A DNA stretch of 64,000 nt from an uncultured Clostridium sp. (GTDB lineage: Bacteria > Bacillota > Clostridia > TANB77 > CAG-508): the NCBI GenBank assembly GCA_900552135.1, contig URYN01000009.1, positions 3,168 through 67,167 of the forward strand. Direction: 5' to 3'. Position 1 is the stretch's first letter; each line of letters begins with the position of its first letter. The position numbers were made by a program, and so were the translations under genes. The notes under the pieces were generated by a model. It worked only from the letters and a program-made list of their open reading frames with translations, did not search any database and had not been told where the DNA came from. This document shows positions 53,832 to 64,000 of the stretch, piece by piece.

Positions 53832-54680
53832 TTATTTGAACAATTTATTAAACGTATTTTTTCCAACAATACCATCTACTGATAGTCCATTTCTTGATTG
53901 AAAATCTCTCACTGCCCTTTCAGTTGCAGGTCCGAATATTCCGTCTGCATTAATATTAAATGAATGACAAATCAACATTGACTGGATTAACCAAGTGATG
54001 TTTCCTTCAGCTCCTCTTCGAACATTTATGCAAGCATTGTAGGTGTTAGTTCCAAATATTCCATCAACAACTAAGTTTCTTTCAAATTGTTTATTTAACT
54101 CAGTTTGTAATCCCTTTACAAGTGCCTTTTTAGTTTCATTTCCATAGATATTATCAGCATCAATATCTAATCCATACTTTTCATTTAATGCATTTTGTAT
54201 CTGTGCAATTTTTCCTGTTTCTTCACTTGGCTTTGGAGTGATTATTTCGGTTGCATTCGCAATTTGATTGAATGGGAAATTATCCCCCGGACAGCTAGTT
54301 GCGTTTACTCTCTTGTGCACTTCAACTTCTGATATTCCATATTTGTTCTTTAAATAAGCTACAAGTTCTTGCCCTGCTTTAGTCTCTTCTTCTGGCATAT
54401 TTTCAACCATATAATCCCCCTCAAAACACACTCCTATGGAGTTATAGTTTGAGCCATAAGCATGTGCACCAACTTTATCTTCCGGACGTAACCTATATAT
54501 CTTTCCGTCTTTTCTAACTAAAAAGTGGTATCCAGCCCCACTCCATCCCTTGTTCAAGTGCCATCTATGAATATCTTCTGCTGAGCATGTTTTTGCAGCA
54601 GCATGGTGCAGAATTATTCTTTGAGTTGATTTTCTTGTATCCATTTGCTTAAATTTTAAATTTGTATCAATTATATTCAT
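53832..54680 (-). CDS. N-acetylmuramoyl-L-alanine amidase (Amidase_2/PGRP) with two C-terminal PG_binding_1 repeats, endolysin-type
   Basis: ILHHAAAKTCSAEDIHRWHLNKGWSGAGYHF...H..G.N..S.G Amidase_2 zinc-site pattern. C-terminal DGIFGTNTYNA and DGIVGKNTFNKL repeats. Start MNIIDT with RBS AGGGAGAAG. Confidence 0.75.
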   Translation of the reverse strand: MNIIDTNLKFKQMDTRKSTQRIILHHAAAKTCSAEDIHRWHLNKGWSGAGYHFLVRKDGKIYRLRPEDKVGAHAYGSNYNSIGVCFEGDYMVENMPEEETKAGQELVAYLKNKYGISEVEVHKRVNATSCPGDNFPFNQIANATEIITPKPSEETGKIAQIQNALNEKYGLDIDADNIYGNETKKALVKGLQTELNKQFERNLVVDGIFGTNTYNACINVRRGAEGNITWLIQSMLICHSFNINADGIFGPATERAVRDFQSRNGLSVDGIVGKNTFNKLFK

Positions 54681-54681
54681 A

Positions 54682-54882
54682 TTACTTCTTCTCCCTATTA
54701 TTAATAGCTTTTTGTCCAAGTAAATATGTGCTTATTACACCTTGAACAACGGCTATTATTTGTATTATTTGAATCGCGTATGGTATTGTTATTCCTTCTA
54801 CTGCATTAATGCCAGTAACTAATGCACTTATAATTGCCAGAATATTTATTGTATATTTTGCTATCGTCTTAATCTTTTCCAT
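54682..54882 (-). CDS. Putative holin (66 aa, two TM segments, charged C-terminus)
   Basis: Two hydrophobic helices plus KAINNREKK tail. Its stop overlaps the RBS/start of the downstream amidase, the classic holin-endolysin arrangement. Confidence 0.5.
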   Translation of the reverse strand: MEKIKTIAKYTINILAIISALVTGINAVEGITIPYAIQIIQIIAVVQGVISTYLLGQKAINNREKK

Positions 54883-54960
54883 ATTTAATCCTCCTAATAT
54901 ATTTTATTCGGAAAATTATTTATTGAGACAGAATTTAAGGTAAAAGATGTAAAATAAAAA

Positions 54961-54985
54961 ACTAGAATTCTCTAAAAATTCTAGT
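54961..54985 (-). terminator. Hairpin terminator downstream of tRNA-Thr (ACTAGAATT..AATTCTAGT)
   Basis: Perfect 9-bp inverted repeat followed by T-rich sequence on the minus strand. Confidence 0.45.
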
Positions 54986-54998
54986 TCTCTATAAATTT

Positions 54999-55074
54999 TG
55001 GAGCTAACAACGGGAATCGAACCCGTGACCTCAGCCTTACCAAGGCTGCACTCTACCGACTGAGCTATGTTAGC
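54999..55074 (-). tRNA. tRNA-Thr (anticodon GGU)
   Basis: Reverse complement GCTAACATAGCTCAGTCGGTAGAGTGCAGCCTTGGTAAGGCTGAGGTCACGGGTTCGATTCCCGTTGTTAGCTCCA folds as a cloverleaf. Anticodon loop TTGGTAA. CCA encoded. Confidence 0.85.
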
Positions 55075-55186
55075 ATTTATTTGCTTCCGTCTATTCGGAA
55101 GCATTTTTATTTAATGTATTATTTGCAATCTGATTTTTCATATTCAATGTTTGTTTTATATTTTCTGTAATTTCTATGCTCTATTT

Positions 55187-55816
55187 TTAATTTTTTTCTA
55201 TATTCAATCCTTTAGCTGTTTTCTTCCTAATTCTTTGAATTGCATTATCTACCGATTTCACAGGAGCATCAAGTTTTTCCGCAATGGTAATATACGAATC
55301 ACCTTGAATGTACCTTCCAAGCACCTTTTTTTCAAAGTTGCTAAGATGAGTATCTATAACATTTTCCACATTCGTCATGTATTCTTTTTTTGTTATTGTA
55401 TCAAGTGGATCTTCAACAACATTGGCATCAAATACATCCATAACTTCTGTGTCATTGTTTCCGTCATCATTTTCATAAGCATTCATATTTAAAGATAGAT
55501 ATGAATTTAATGGAATGTGTTTTTGTCTGTTTGAAGATTTTATTGCTGTAATTAGTTGCCTTTCGATACATAAGTTTGCAAATGATTTGAAAGTGTTTTG
55601 CTTTGTTGCATTAAAATCTTTTATTGCTTTGTATAATCCAATTAGTCCTTCTTGTATGATGTCTTCTTTTTCTGCACCTATTATGAAGTATTTGTTTACT
55701 TTTGAATTAACAACATCTTTGTATTTGCAAATTAAATATTCTAGGGCTTCTTCGTCTTTTGATTTTATTAATTCTAATATTTCTTCATCAGTCATATTAT
55801 CGTATTTGTTGTTCAT
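55187..55816 (-). CDS. sigH: RNA polymerase sporulation/stationary-phase sigma factor SigH
   Basis: Strong colinearity with B. subtilis SigH (IIGAEKEDIIQEGLIGLYKAIKDF...TFKSFANLCIERQLITAIKSSNRQKHIPLNSY...VKSVDNAIQRIRKK). Confidence 0.8.
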   Translation of the reverse strand: MNNKYDNMTDEEILELIKSKDEEALEYLICKYKDVVNSKVNKYFIIGAEKEDIIQEGLIGLYKAIKDFNATKQNTFKSFANLCIERQLITAIKSSNRQKHIPLNSYLSLNMNAYENDDGNNDTEVMDVFDANVVEDPLDTITKKEYMTNVENVIDTHLSNFEKKVLGRYIQGDSYITIAEKLDAPVKSVDNAIQRIRKKTAKGLNIEKN

Positions 55817-55961
55817 GTTTTAGATTGTCCTCCTAGAGAAGTGCTCTACTAGCCTGTATTATATTCTAGTTGAAACATTAATGTCAATAGTTTTGCATTA
55901 TTTTTCCTTGATTTCTTCGTATTTTTGGGCTATAATTTTATATATTGAAAGGAGAACGACT

Positions 55962-57899
55962 ATGGCTTTTGATGGAGTTGTTACAAAATCGATTGTAAAT
56001 GAATTGCAATGCTTAATTAATGGAAAAATAAACAAGATTTTTGAACCCAATAAGAACGAACTTTTACTGGGAATTTATTGTGGTGGAAAGAATTTTGCTT
56101 TGAATATTTCTATTGATTCTGTAAATTATAGAATTAATTTAACAACGAATTCTAAGGCTAATCCTCAGAACGCTCTTAATTTTTGCATGGTTTTAAGGAA
56201 GCATCTTGTTGGCGGAATAATAAAAAAGATTTATTCCAACGGACTTGAAAGAATCGTTTTTATCGATATAGAGTGCCATAACGAGCTTAATGATTTGATT
56301 ACAAAAACTCTTGTAGTAGAACTTATGGGAAAGCATAGCAATGTAATTCTTCTTTCCGACAAAGAAATTGTTATTGATAGTTTAAGGCACTTGAACAAGT
56401 TTGACAATTCGAATCGTGACATATTCCCTGGTAGCAAATATGTTAGTATTGTAAGTGATAAGCCCGATTTTTCTTGTATAAAAACTTTTGATAATTTTTA
56501 TAAACTTTTTTCAACTGAATCTTCTTCAGGTACTTCAATCAGTTCTACTCTTAGCAAGAAGATTAATGGTTTTGGAAAAAATAATATTTTTTATTTATTA
56601 AATGAACTAAAAATCAATGATTCGGCTTACACTTTAGATGATTTAAAGAAACTATTTGAATATTTAAACAATATGGTTAAATTACTTGAAGCTGAACAAC
56701 TAAAAAATACTACTTCTTGTATCACTGTTAAAGATAATTCTAAATTCTTAAGTTTTTCTACAGATTCTAAGCAAAAAGCTGATTATTTCATTTGTATTGA
56801 TAATGTTTCAGCCTATGATAATTTATCTATTAACTTTTTTATAGATGATTTTTATTTTTTAAAAGAGCAAAAGGAGGAGTTTAAGTCTTATAGGGATTCT
56901 GTTTCCAGATTGGTTCTTGGTCAAATAAAAAAAGTTAAGGATAGAATTAACAATATTAATTTAAAGATTAATGAATGTGATAAAACTGATTCGTATAAAT
57001 TATATGGTGAATTGATAACTTCAAATTTATATAAAATAAAGGATTTTCCTCAAGATTCTATTGTTTTGGAAAATTATTATGATAATAATAATCCTATTGA
57101 AATTCCGCTAGATAAGAGTATTTCACCTTCAAAGAATGCGAAGAATTTCTTTAAGAAGTACAGAAAACTACAAAATACGATTGCCATTGTTAGTAAGCAA
57201 AAGGAGCTTGCTGAACAGGAATTGAATTACTTGGAAAGTATTATATATGAATTAGAAAATGCAACAACAACAGAAGATCTTGAGAATATTTATTCTGAGA
57301 TTTGCGATAATTTTATATTTAGCAAAAATTCGAATACTGTAAATAATCATATTTCTTCTGAAGCTCAGAAAATTGCTACAAAATCAAAGAAACTTTCTGC
57401 AAAGAAAAAAAATAAAGCTCAAAAAGAAGAATCTTCTCTTATGCCCACAAAATATGAAATTGATGGATTTACGGTTTGGGTTGGGAAAAATAATAAACAG
57501 AATGATTATTTAACTTGCAGACTTGCTCAAAATTCTGATATATGGTTTCACACAAAAGACATTCACGGAAGCCATGTTGTAATAAGACCTAGCAGTTTTG
57601 CTGAAAAATCTAATTTATCTGCTAATTTTGATAAAGATATTTCAGACAAACTAGCTATATCACCTTCATCTGCTTCCTCAGGCAAAAAACTTGATCTTTC
57701 AAATTCTGGAGTTCCAGACAGTGTTTTGTATAAATGTGCTTGTTTAGCAGCATATTACAGCAAAGCTAGAATGTCTCAAAACGTTCCAGTCGATTATACT
57801 TTTATAAAATATGTAAAAAAGCCAAACGGAGCAAAGCCTGGAATGGTAATATATACAGACAATAAAACAATATACGCAAATCCACAACTTGCTCAATAA
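55962..57899 (+). CDS. rqcH: Ribosome quality-control factor RqcH (NFACT family, Rqc2 homolog)
   Basis: MAFDGVVTKSIVNEL NFACT-N start. Coiled-coil middle. NFACT-R (GFTVWVGKNNKQNDYLT...HTKDIHGSHVVIR). Start with RBS AAGGAGAA. The ORF-track start at 55881 is an extension. Confidence 0.8.
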   Translation: MAFDGVVTKSIVNELQCLINGKINKIFEPNKNELLLGIYCGGKNFALNISIDSVNYRINLTTNSKANPQNALNFCMVLRKHLVGGIIKKIYSNGLERIVFIDIECHNELNDLITKTLVVELMGKHSNVILLSDKEIVIDSLRHLNKFDNSNRDIFPGSKYVSIVSDKPDFSCIKTFDNFYKLFSTESSSGTSISSTLSKKINGFGKNNIFYLLNELKINDSAYTLDDLKKLFEYLNNMVKLLEAEQLKNTTSCITVKDNSKFLSFSTDSKQKADYFICIDNVSAYDNLSINFFIDDFYFLKEQKEEFKSYRDSVSRLVLGQIKKVKDRINNINLKINECDKTDSYKLYGELITSNLYKIKDFPQDSIVLENYYDNNNPIEIPLDKSISPSKNAKNFFKKYRKLQNTIAIVSKQKELAEQELNYLESIIYELENATTTEDLENIYSEICDNFIFSKNSNTVNNHISSEAQKIATKSKKLSAKKKNKAQKEESSLMPTKYEIDGFTVWVGKNNKQNDYLTCRLAQNSDIWFHTKDIHGSHVVIRPSSFAEKSNLSANFDKDISDKLAISPSSASSGKKLDLSNSGVPDSVLYKCACLAAYYSKARMSQNVPVDYTFIKYVKKPNGAKPGMVIYTDNKTIYANPQLAQ

Positions 57900-57917
57900 T
57901 CTCAATAATAAAGCTTT

Positions 57918-57946
57918 CGCCCAATAGGGACGTCCCTTTTTGGGCG
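57918..57946. repeat. Palindrome repeat copy 5 (cgcccaatagggacgtccctttttgggcg, identical to copy 1) between convergent rqcH and the DUF4116 gene
   Basis: Read directly. Position consistent with a bidirectional terminator. Confidence 0.8.
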
Positions 57947-57957
57947 AAGTTTGTTAT

Positions 57958-58482
57958 TTATTCTGGTGGATTTATTATTGCTTGTATTTCCGAATCTTGT
58001 CTTAGTTCTGGCACTATAAAATCATAAGCTCTCTTATCTTGTTTTACTGCCGACAAAGCTATTGTTTTATCTGAACGTAAACGCTTGCTAGCATATTTTA
58101 CAATAAGACCTTTTTGCGTTACCGCTTCTAATACAATATCATAATCATCTCTTAATTCTTTGCTAACATAATATAAGATTTGTCCATCTGTTTTTGCAGC
58201 TTTTAATGCTAGTTCCTTGTCAGCCTTTAATTCATCAGACGCATAACAAAGAACCCACCCCTTTTTTTCTACGGCTTGCATTAATATTTCTTTGTCTCCT
58301 TTTAACCTTTTTGAGGCAAATTCCAATGCACCTCCGTCTTTTGTAACAGCCTTCATTACAAGCTCCTTATCATCTTGAAATTCCGGATCTGCAGCATCTA
58401 ATAAAAGTCCATCTTCTTCTATTGCTTTTTCTACGTATTCTCTGTCTTTACTATGTTCTTTTACATCGTCATAAGTGTACAT
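57958..58482 (-). CDS. DUF4116 repeat protein
   Basis: Five tandem ~30-aa repeats of D.E(L/I)V..AV...G.AL.YAS..LK.D. Confidence 0.5.
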   Translation of the reverse strand: MYTYDDVKEHSKDREYVEKAIEEDGLLLDAADPEFQDDKELVMKAVTKDGGALEFASKRLKGDKEILMQAVEKKGWVLCYASDELKADKELALKAAKTDGQILYYVSKELRDDYDIVLEAVTQKGLIVKYASKRLRSDKTIALSAVKQDKRAYDFIVPELRQDSEIQAIINPPE

Positions 58483-58664
58483 CTTTTCAGCCTCCTTGTA
58501 TCAGTACAACTTTTTCGTCCTCCAACCATACTCATTTTGAACATTTGTACTTTGGTACAATTTTTCCTCTTTCACCAAAATTTTCCTTAATTATATTTTG
58601 GCATTGGCACATCAGGAAATTTTTTCCCACGTAACCAAATTGTACCGTCCTCAAATTGTACCAC

Positions 58665-58907
58665 TTAAATTGCACTTGTTTTGTATTCTATTGCTTCCAT
58701 ATATGGATAAATTTCTTTTAATCTTTTATGTGTTATTATTGCAAGTCTTGGTAATGGATTTTTTAAGTCTTCTGTAAGTAATTGTTGTGTATAGCAGTTT
58801 TCAGATGTTTTAAATAGCTGATATCTGTTTCTTACATAAGTATAAAAAATTATATATCCGTTATCCAATTCTTCGTCCATTCTTTCAAAAGAATATTTTC
58901 CGTCCAT
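58665..58907 (-). CDS. Hypothetical small protein (80 aa)
   Basis: ORF only. Confidence 0.25.
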   Translation of the reverse strand: MDGKYSFERMDEELDNGYIIFYTYVRNRYQLFKTSENCYTQQLLTEDLKNPLPRLAIITHKRLKEIYPYMEAIEYKTSAI

Positions 58908-59040
58908 CTTGTTTTCCTTTCTGATATTTTGTTTCTTGAATTTCTTTAAATCATTCTAGATACATATATAAATTGTATATTAATGCAGATACATTAACAA
59001 ATTTCCACTTTTATTTTTTACTTTCATTAACCTATTTTCA

Positions 59041-61053
<2,013 letters not shown>

Positions 61054-61084
61054 TCATTCCTTCCTCTCTTCGCAAAAAGATTAT

Positions 61085-61102
61085 CGCCCAATAGGGATGT
61101 CC
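61085..61102. repeat. Truncated/degenerate copy 6 of the palindrome repeat (cgcccaatagggatgtcc) between ligA and pgsA
   Basis: Left arm intact; right arm degenerate. Confidence 0.5.
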
Positions 61103-61104
61103 TT

Positions 61105-61743
61105 TTAACAATCTTTTAGTAAGTCTTTTCCACCTTTTAAATATTCATATCCTGAGAAAATTGTTGCAATTACAGAAATTGTCATGAATACGCTTGCAAG
61201 AATATTTATGATAAAATCACCTGTAGACATATATGTAAGTGCACTATTTACCATTGCCTCCTGTTCTGTTTTTGCTCTAAGCACAAATGCAAAATAAGGG
61301 TGTGTTGTTAAGAACATTAAAATAATAGCAATCATCTGTGTTACAGTTTTTAATTTTCCCCATACATTTGCCGCAATGACTTTTCCACTATTTTGAACAG
61401 CAATTAATCTATATCCAGAAACAGCAAACTCTCTAAATATTACTATAATTGGAATCCATGCAGGTAGTCTTCCCATTTCTACAAATAAAATCATAGCTGC
61501 AACTACTAAAATCTTGTCAGCAATCGGATCAAGAAACTTTCCAAAGTTTGTTACTTGATTATTTTTTCTAGCTAAATATCCATCTAATTTATCTGTTATC
61601 GATGCAACAATGAAAATAAGTTCCATTATCCACATTGTTGTTGATATTCCTAAGAAACTTCCTGGTATATTGAAAAAAGATACTATAACCATTACTGGCA
61701 CTAATATTATTCTAAATAAAGTTAATTTGTTTGGTAAATTCAT
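61105..61743 (-). CDS. pgsA: CDP-diacylglycerol--glycerol-3-phosphate 3-phosphatidyltransferase
   Basis: MNLPNKLTLFRIILVP...DKLDGYLAR...GKFLDPIADK, the CDP-alcohol phosphatidyltransferase signature. Confidence 0.85.
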   Translation of the reverse strand: MNLPNKLTLFRIILVPVMVIVSFFNIPGSFLGISTTMWIMELIFIVASITDKLDGYLARKNNQVTNFGKFLDPIADKILVVAAMILFVEMGRLPAWIPIIVIFREFAVSGYRLIAVQNSGKVIAANVWGKLKTVTQMIAIILMFLTTHPYFAFVLRAKTEQEAMVNSALTYMSTGDFIINILASVFMTISVIATIFSGYEYLKGGKDLLKDC

Positions 61744-62044
61744 ATTTTTATAATCAATTATGCAGATTTATTCATCTGTTTAATTGACTTATCCCTCCTT
61801 ATTCTGTTTTATTTTACATGCACATTATACAATACTATTTTTCATTTATCAACCATTTTTAGAATAGAATATGAAGCAAAAATTTTTTATTTTTTTAACA
61901 CACATTTTTCAATACAATTTTATTAAAATCTTCATCTTGTAAGATTTCTAGCATTTTACTAAAACTCATTTTTTCACCACTCCTAAAATTAATTTGTAGC
62001 AACTTTTTCTCATCTTTGCATCACATAATTGAACCTGCAAACAT

Positions 62045-62070
62045 AAAAAAGCACCACACAAGTGTGGTGC
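62045..62070 (-). terminator. Intrinsic terminator ending the structured 3' region of the pilin-like gene (GCACCACACttgGTGTGGTGC + T6 on the minus strand)
   Basis: Perfect 9-bp stem; A6 on plus 62045-62050. Confidence 0.6.
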
Positions 62071-62077
62071 CACGCAA

Positions 62078-62134
62078 GTGGAAAATTTTAGATGTGTGGC
62101 CCATTTTCAATGGGTACCACCTAAAATTTTCCAC
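62078..62134. repeat. 57-nt nested perfect inverted repeat (GTGGAAAATTTTAG...CTAAAATTTTCCAC enclosing CCCATTttcAATGGG)
   Basis: 14-bp outer arms at 62078-62091 and 62121-62134. Inner 6-bp palindrome. Confidence 0.7.
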
Positions 62135-62240
62135 ATAGCGTATTCCATTCGCTATGCGTTGGCATAGCCTTCTTTTTGTTTTCCCTTTGTCATAGAAGTT
62201 TTGAGTTCTTCTTTAGAACTCTTCGCCTCTATATCTCATG
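62123..62240. repeat. ~118 bp conserved element (copy A) overlapping the stop of the pilin-like gene; contains mutually exclusive hairpins
   Basis: ~95% identical to 63881-64000. Contains CATAGCG-N9-CGCTATG, an overlapping GCTATGC-gttg-GCATAGC, and GAGTTCT-tcttt-AGAACTC. Confidence 0.75.
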
Positions 62241-63426
62241 GTATCAAATATAAAGTAGGGCGAGAACCATTGAAACTGTTGGTGTAGGCAGGACTGCTGT
62301 TGAGACGACCAGAAGCCGGATCGAGAGAGCCATTGCTGCCATAGCCGCCTCCTCTGCTAGCTCTGCTGTGGGTGTCGTTCGCTTCTTGGGTAAATTCCAA
62401 ACAGTTTCCAGCGAAATCATAGATATTATTTGCCTTCCAACTTTCACTAAAGCCTGTATTTTGCTCTGTTCCATGTCCATCTGCAGTATTATTACTATAA
62501 TTTCCCCATTTACTTGAATCTGTTATGTCAAATTTAGAAGTAGCTAACCATTTACATGTTGCATCCCACTGCAATCCCCATATCATTCTTGTCTTTACTT
62601 TTGAACCTACTGCTAATGTTGTACAATTTTTATATAATGTATACCAATTTACACCATTTTCACATGTTTGAGTAGCTCCTGTCTTCTCACCATCGGCAGT
62701 TAACTCATATCTTCCTATATAAAATCCTTTATATTTCTCTAAACTTTTTATCATTTCTTCATAGTCACTTTTCATAGTCTCTGCCATATTTGCTAAACTA
62801 CTAAATCCTGCTGTTTTTGCATTTGTATCATTATCATAAGTAGTTACTATATCTGGCTCTTTATAACTACTTGTACTTCCTGGTTGAACTCTCGTTATTC
62901 CACTTATTATTTCTGAATTTGTATATTTTGTAGTTTTTACTCCTGTATTTCCAGAAAGTGTTTTTCCTTCTGCTACAGTTGTATATAAGCTACTTGGTGT
63001 TTCAACAGGCACCCACACCCATTGGTTTCCAGCTAAATCTTTACCAACATTTTCCTGTTCCTTATATTTTTCATTATCTGCTTCTGCATCAGAAATAACT
63101 AATCCTTTTGCTTTTGTTCCTCCAACATAGTAATACCCTTCTGGTATTGTTACTCCATCTGAAGCAGGGTCATAATCAGAACCTCCTCCTGTTGTGTCTC
63201 CAACTTTTGTATCTATCCAATCTGATACTTCATTTAATTGTTTTTCATCATTTGTTTGTGCTTCTGCATATTGATTCTTAGCATCTTTTGCCTTACTTAT
63301 TACTCCATTATTGCTTAGCACTAAACTTATACTTACTCCTGCTAATATTAACAAAACAACTATAGTAACAACCAAAGCAATAAGTGTGATTCCTCTTTCT
63401 TGTTTATTTTTAAATTTTGTTTTCAT
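62236..63426 (-). CDS. Protein with the same prepilin-like N-terminal module fused to an FGE-sulfatase/SUMF1-like (C-type-lectin fold) domain
   Basis: N-terminus ERGITLIALVVTIVVLLILAGVSI is identical over 23/24 residues to the 49747..51588 protein. C-terminal NIYDFAGNCLEFT and RASRGGGYGSNG resemble the FGE-sulfatase GLYDMSGNVWEWT / RVxRGGSW motifs. Confidence 0.5.
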   Translation of the reverse strand: MKTKFKNKQERGITLIALVVTIVVLLILAGVSISLVLSNNGVISKAKDAKNQYAEAQTNDEKQLNEVSDWIDTKVGDTTGGGSDYDPASDGVTIPEGYYYVGGTKAKGLVISDAEADNEKYKEQENVGKDLAGNQWVWVPVETPSSLYTTVAEGKTLSGNTGVKTTKYTNSEIISGITRVQPGSTSSYKEPDIVTTYDNDTNAKTAGFSSLANMAETMKSDYEEMIKSLEKYKGFYIGRYELTADGEKTGATQTCENGVNWYTLYKNCTTLAVGSKVKTRMIWGLQWDATCKWLATSKFDITDSSKWGNYSNNTADGHGTEQNTGFSESWKANNIYDFAGNCLEFTQEANDTHSRASRGGGYGSNGSLDPASGRLNSSPAYTNSFNGSRPTLYLIP

Positions 63427-63503
63427 TTTTACTTTCTTCCTCCTTTATTTATTTTGTTCACTTTAAGTATTTTTAAACGCAAAAAAGACAGAAATAGCCT
63501 TTT

Positions 63504-63713
63504 CTAAACTACTCCTATCTTCTTATATTTATAATATGTGTTTTTTTCAGCTTTATATACAATTTCACATGCAATATTGCATACGAAATCATAAGCTGTT
63601 TTTGAGTATAGCAAACAAACCTTAGCAACTTCTGCTAATTCTTCTCTTTGGTAAGAATATACGGTGTGTGTGTGTGTGTGTGTACAGCCACAACGGTTTG
63701 CTGGTTTGTTCAT
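63504..63713 (-). CDS. Small ORF (69 aa) containing an (AC)9 tract (encodes THTHTHT), immediately upstream of the pilin-like gene
   Basis: ORF-track protein MNKPANRCGCTHTHTHTVYSYQ.... Coding status uncertain. Confidence 0.3.
   Translation of the reverse strand: MNKPANRCGCTHTHTHTVYSYQREELAEVAKVCLLYSKTAYDFVCNIACEIVYKAEKNTYYKYKKIGVV
63664..63681. repeat. (GT)9 dinucleotide microsatellite
   Basis: gtgtgtgtgtgtgtgtgt read directly. The only dinucleotide SSR of this length in the window. Confidence 0.9.
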
Positions 63714-63880
63714 TCTACTTTACTCCTTTTCTCTTCTTTTGCGTTTCAAATACTTTTGTTTACAGCTTTATAATAGCATACCAATTTTTTATTTTCAACT
63801 GTTTTTCAATTATTTTAATTTCATTATAATCAAAATGGTCTTTCAAAAAAATATGATGCGTAAATAAATACACACCATAT

Positions 63881-64000
63881 AAATTTTTTCACATAGCGTA
63901 TTCCATTCGCTATGCGTTGGCATAGCCTTCTTTTTGTTTTTCCTCTGTCATAGAAGTTTTGAGTTCTTCTTTAGAACTCTTCGCCTCTATATCTCATGGT
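63881..64000. repeat. ~118 bp conserved element (copy B), truncated by the window end
   Basis: Near-identical to 62123-62240, ending in ...atatctcatggt exactly as copy A does where it overlaps the gene stop. Confidence 0.75.

Noticed and set aside
53190-55074. Intact prophage at tRNA-Thr
   Set aside because: Only holin, endolysin and one small ORF are present. No integrase, structural or replication genes within or flanking the segment, so at most a remnant or domesticated cassette.

Overview
Low-GC (~28-30%) Firmicutes chromosome segment, Clostridium-like: sporulation genes spoIIM and sigH, xerD, tig-clpP-clpX, the hrcA-grpE-dnaK-dnaJ heat-shock operon with CIRCE operators, and queA-tgt-yajC-secDF synteny. 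Most of the window is conserved housekeeping on the minus strand. Two tRNAs are present: tRNA-Glu(CUC) on plus and tRNA-Thr(GGU) on minus. Features not explained by the core annotation: (1) a dispersed GC-rich imperfect-palindrome repeat family, at least six copies, sitting exactly at gene boundaries; (2) an operon of FIST sensor-domain protein, N-terminally extended aldehyde dehydrogenase and FucO-type lactaldehyde reductase; (3) a ~1.9 kb GC-rich (~50%) island next to tRNA-Glu carrying a flotillin/SPFH gene interrupted by a +1 frameshift in a homopolymer; (4) a stand-alone holin-endolysin cassette plus a higher-GC ORF between ychF and tRNA-Thr/sigH; (5) two paralogous genes sharing an identical prepilin-like N-terminal module fused to unrelated C-terminal domains (pectin-lyase beta-helix vs FGE-sulfatase-like), one followed by a conserved ~118 bp structured 3' element (repeated at the window edge) and preceded by a (GT)9 microsatellite inside a small upstream ORF, which is a candidate phase-variation switch; (6) strongly diverged SecD/SecF-like proteins in the canonical position. 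No CRISPR array, rRNA or intact mobile element is visible. All calls come from reading the sequence and ORF translations, with no database search.
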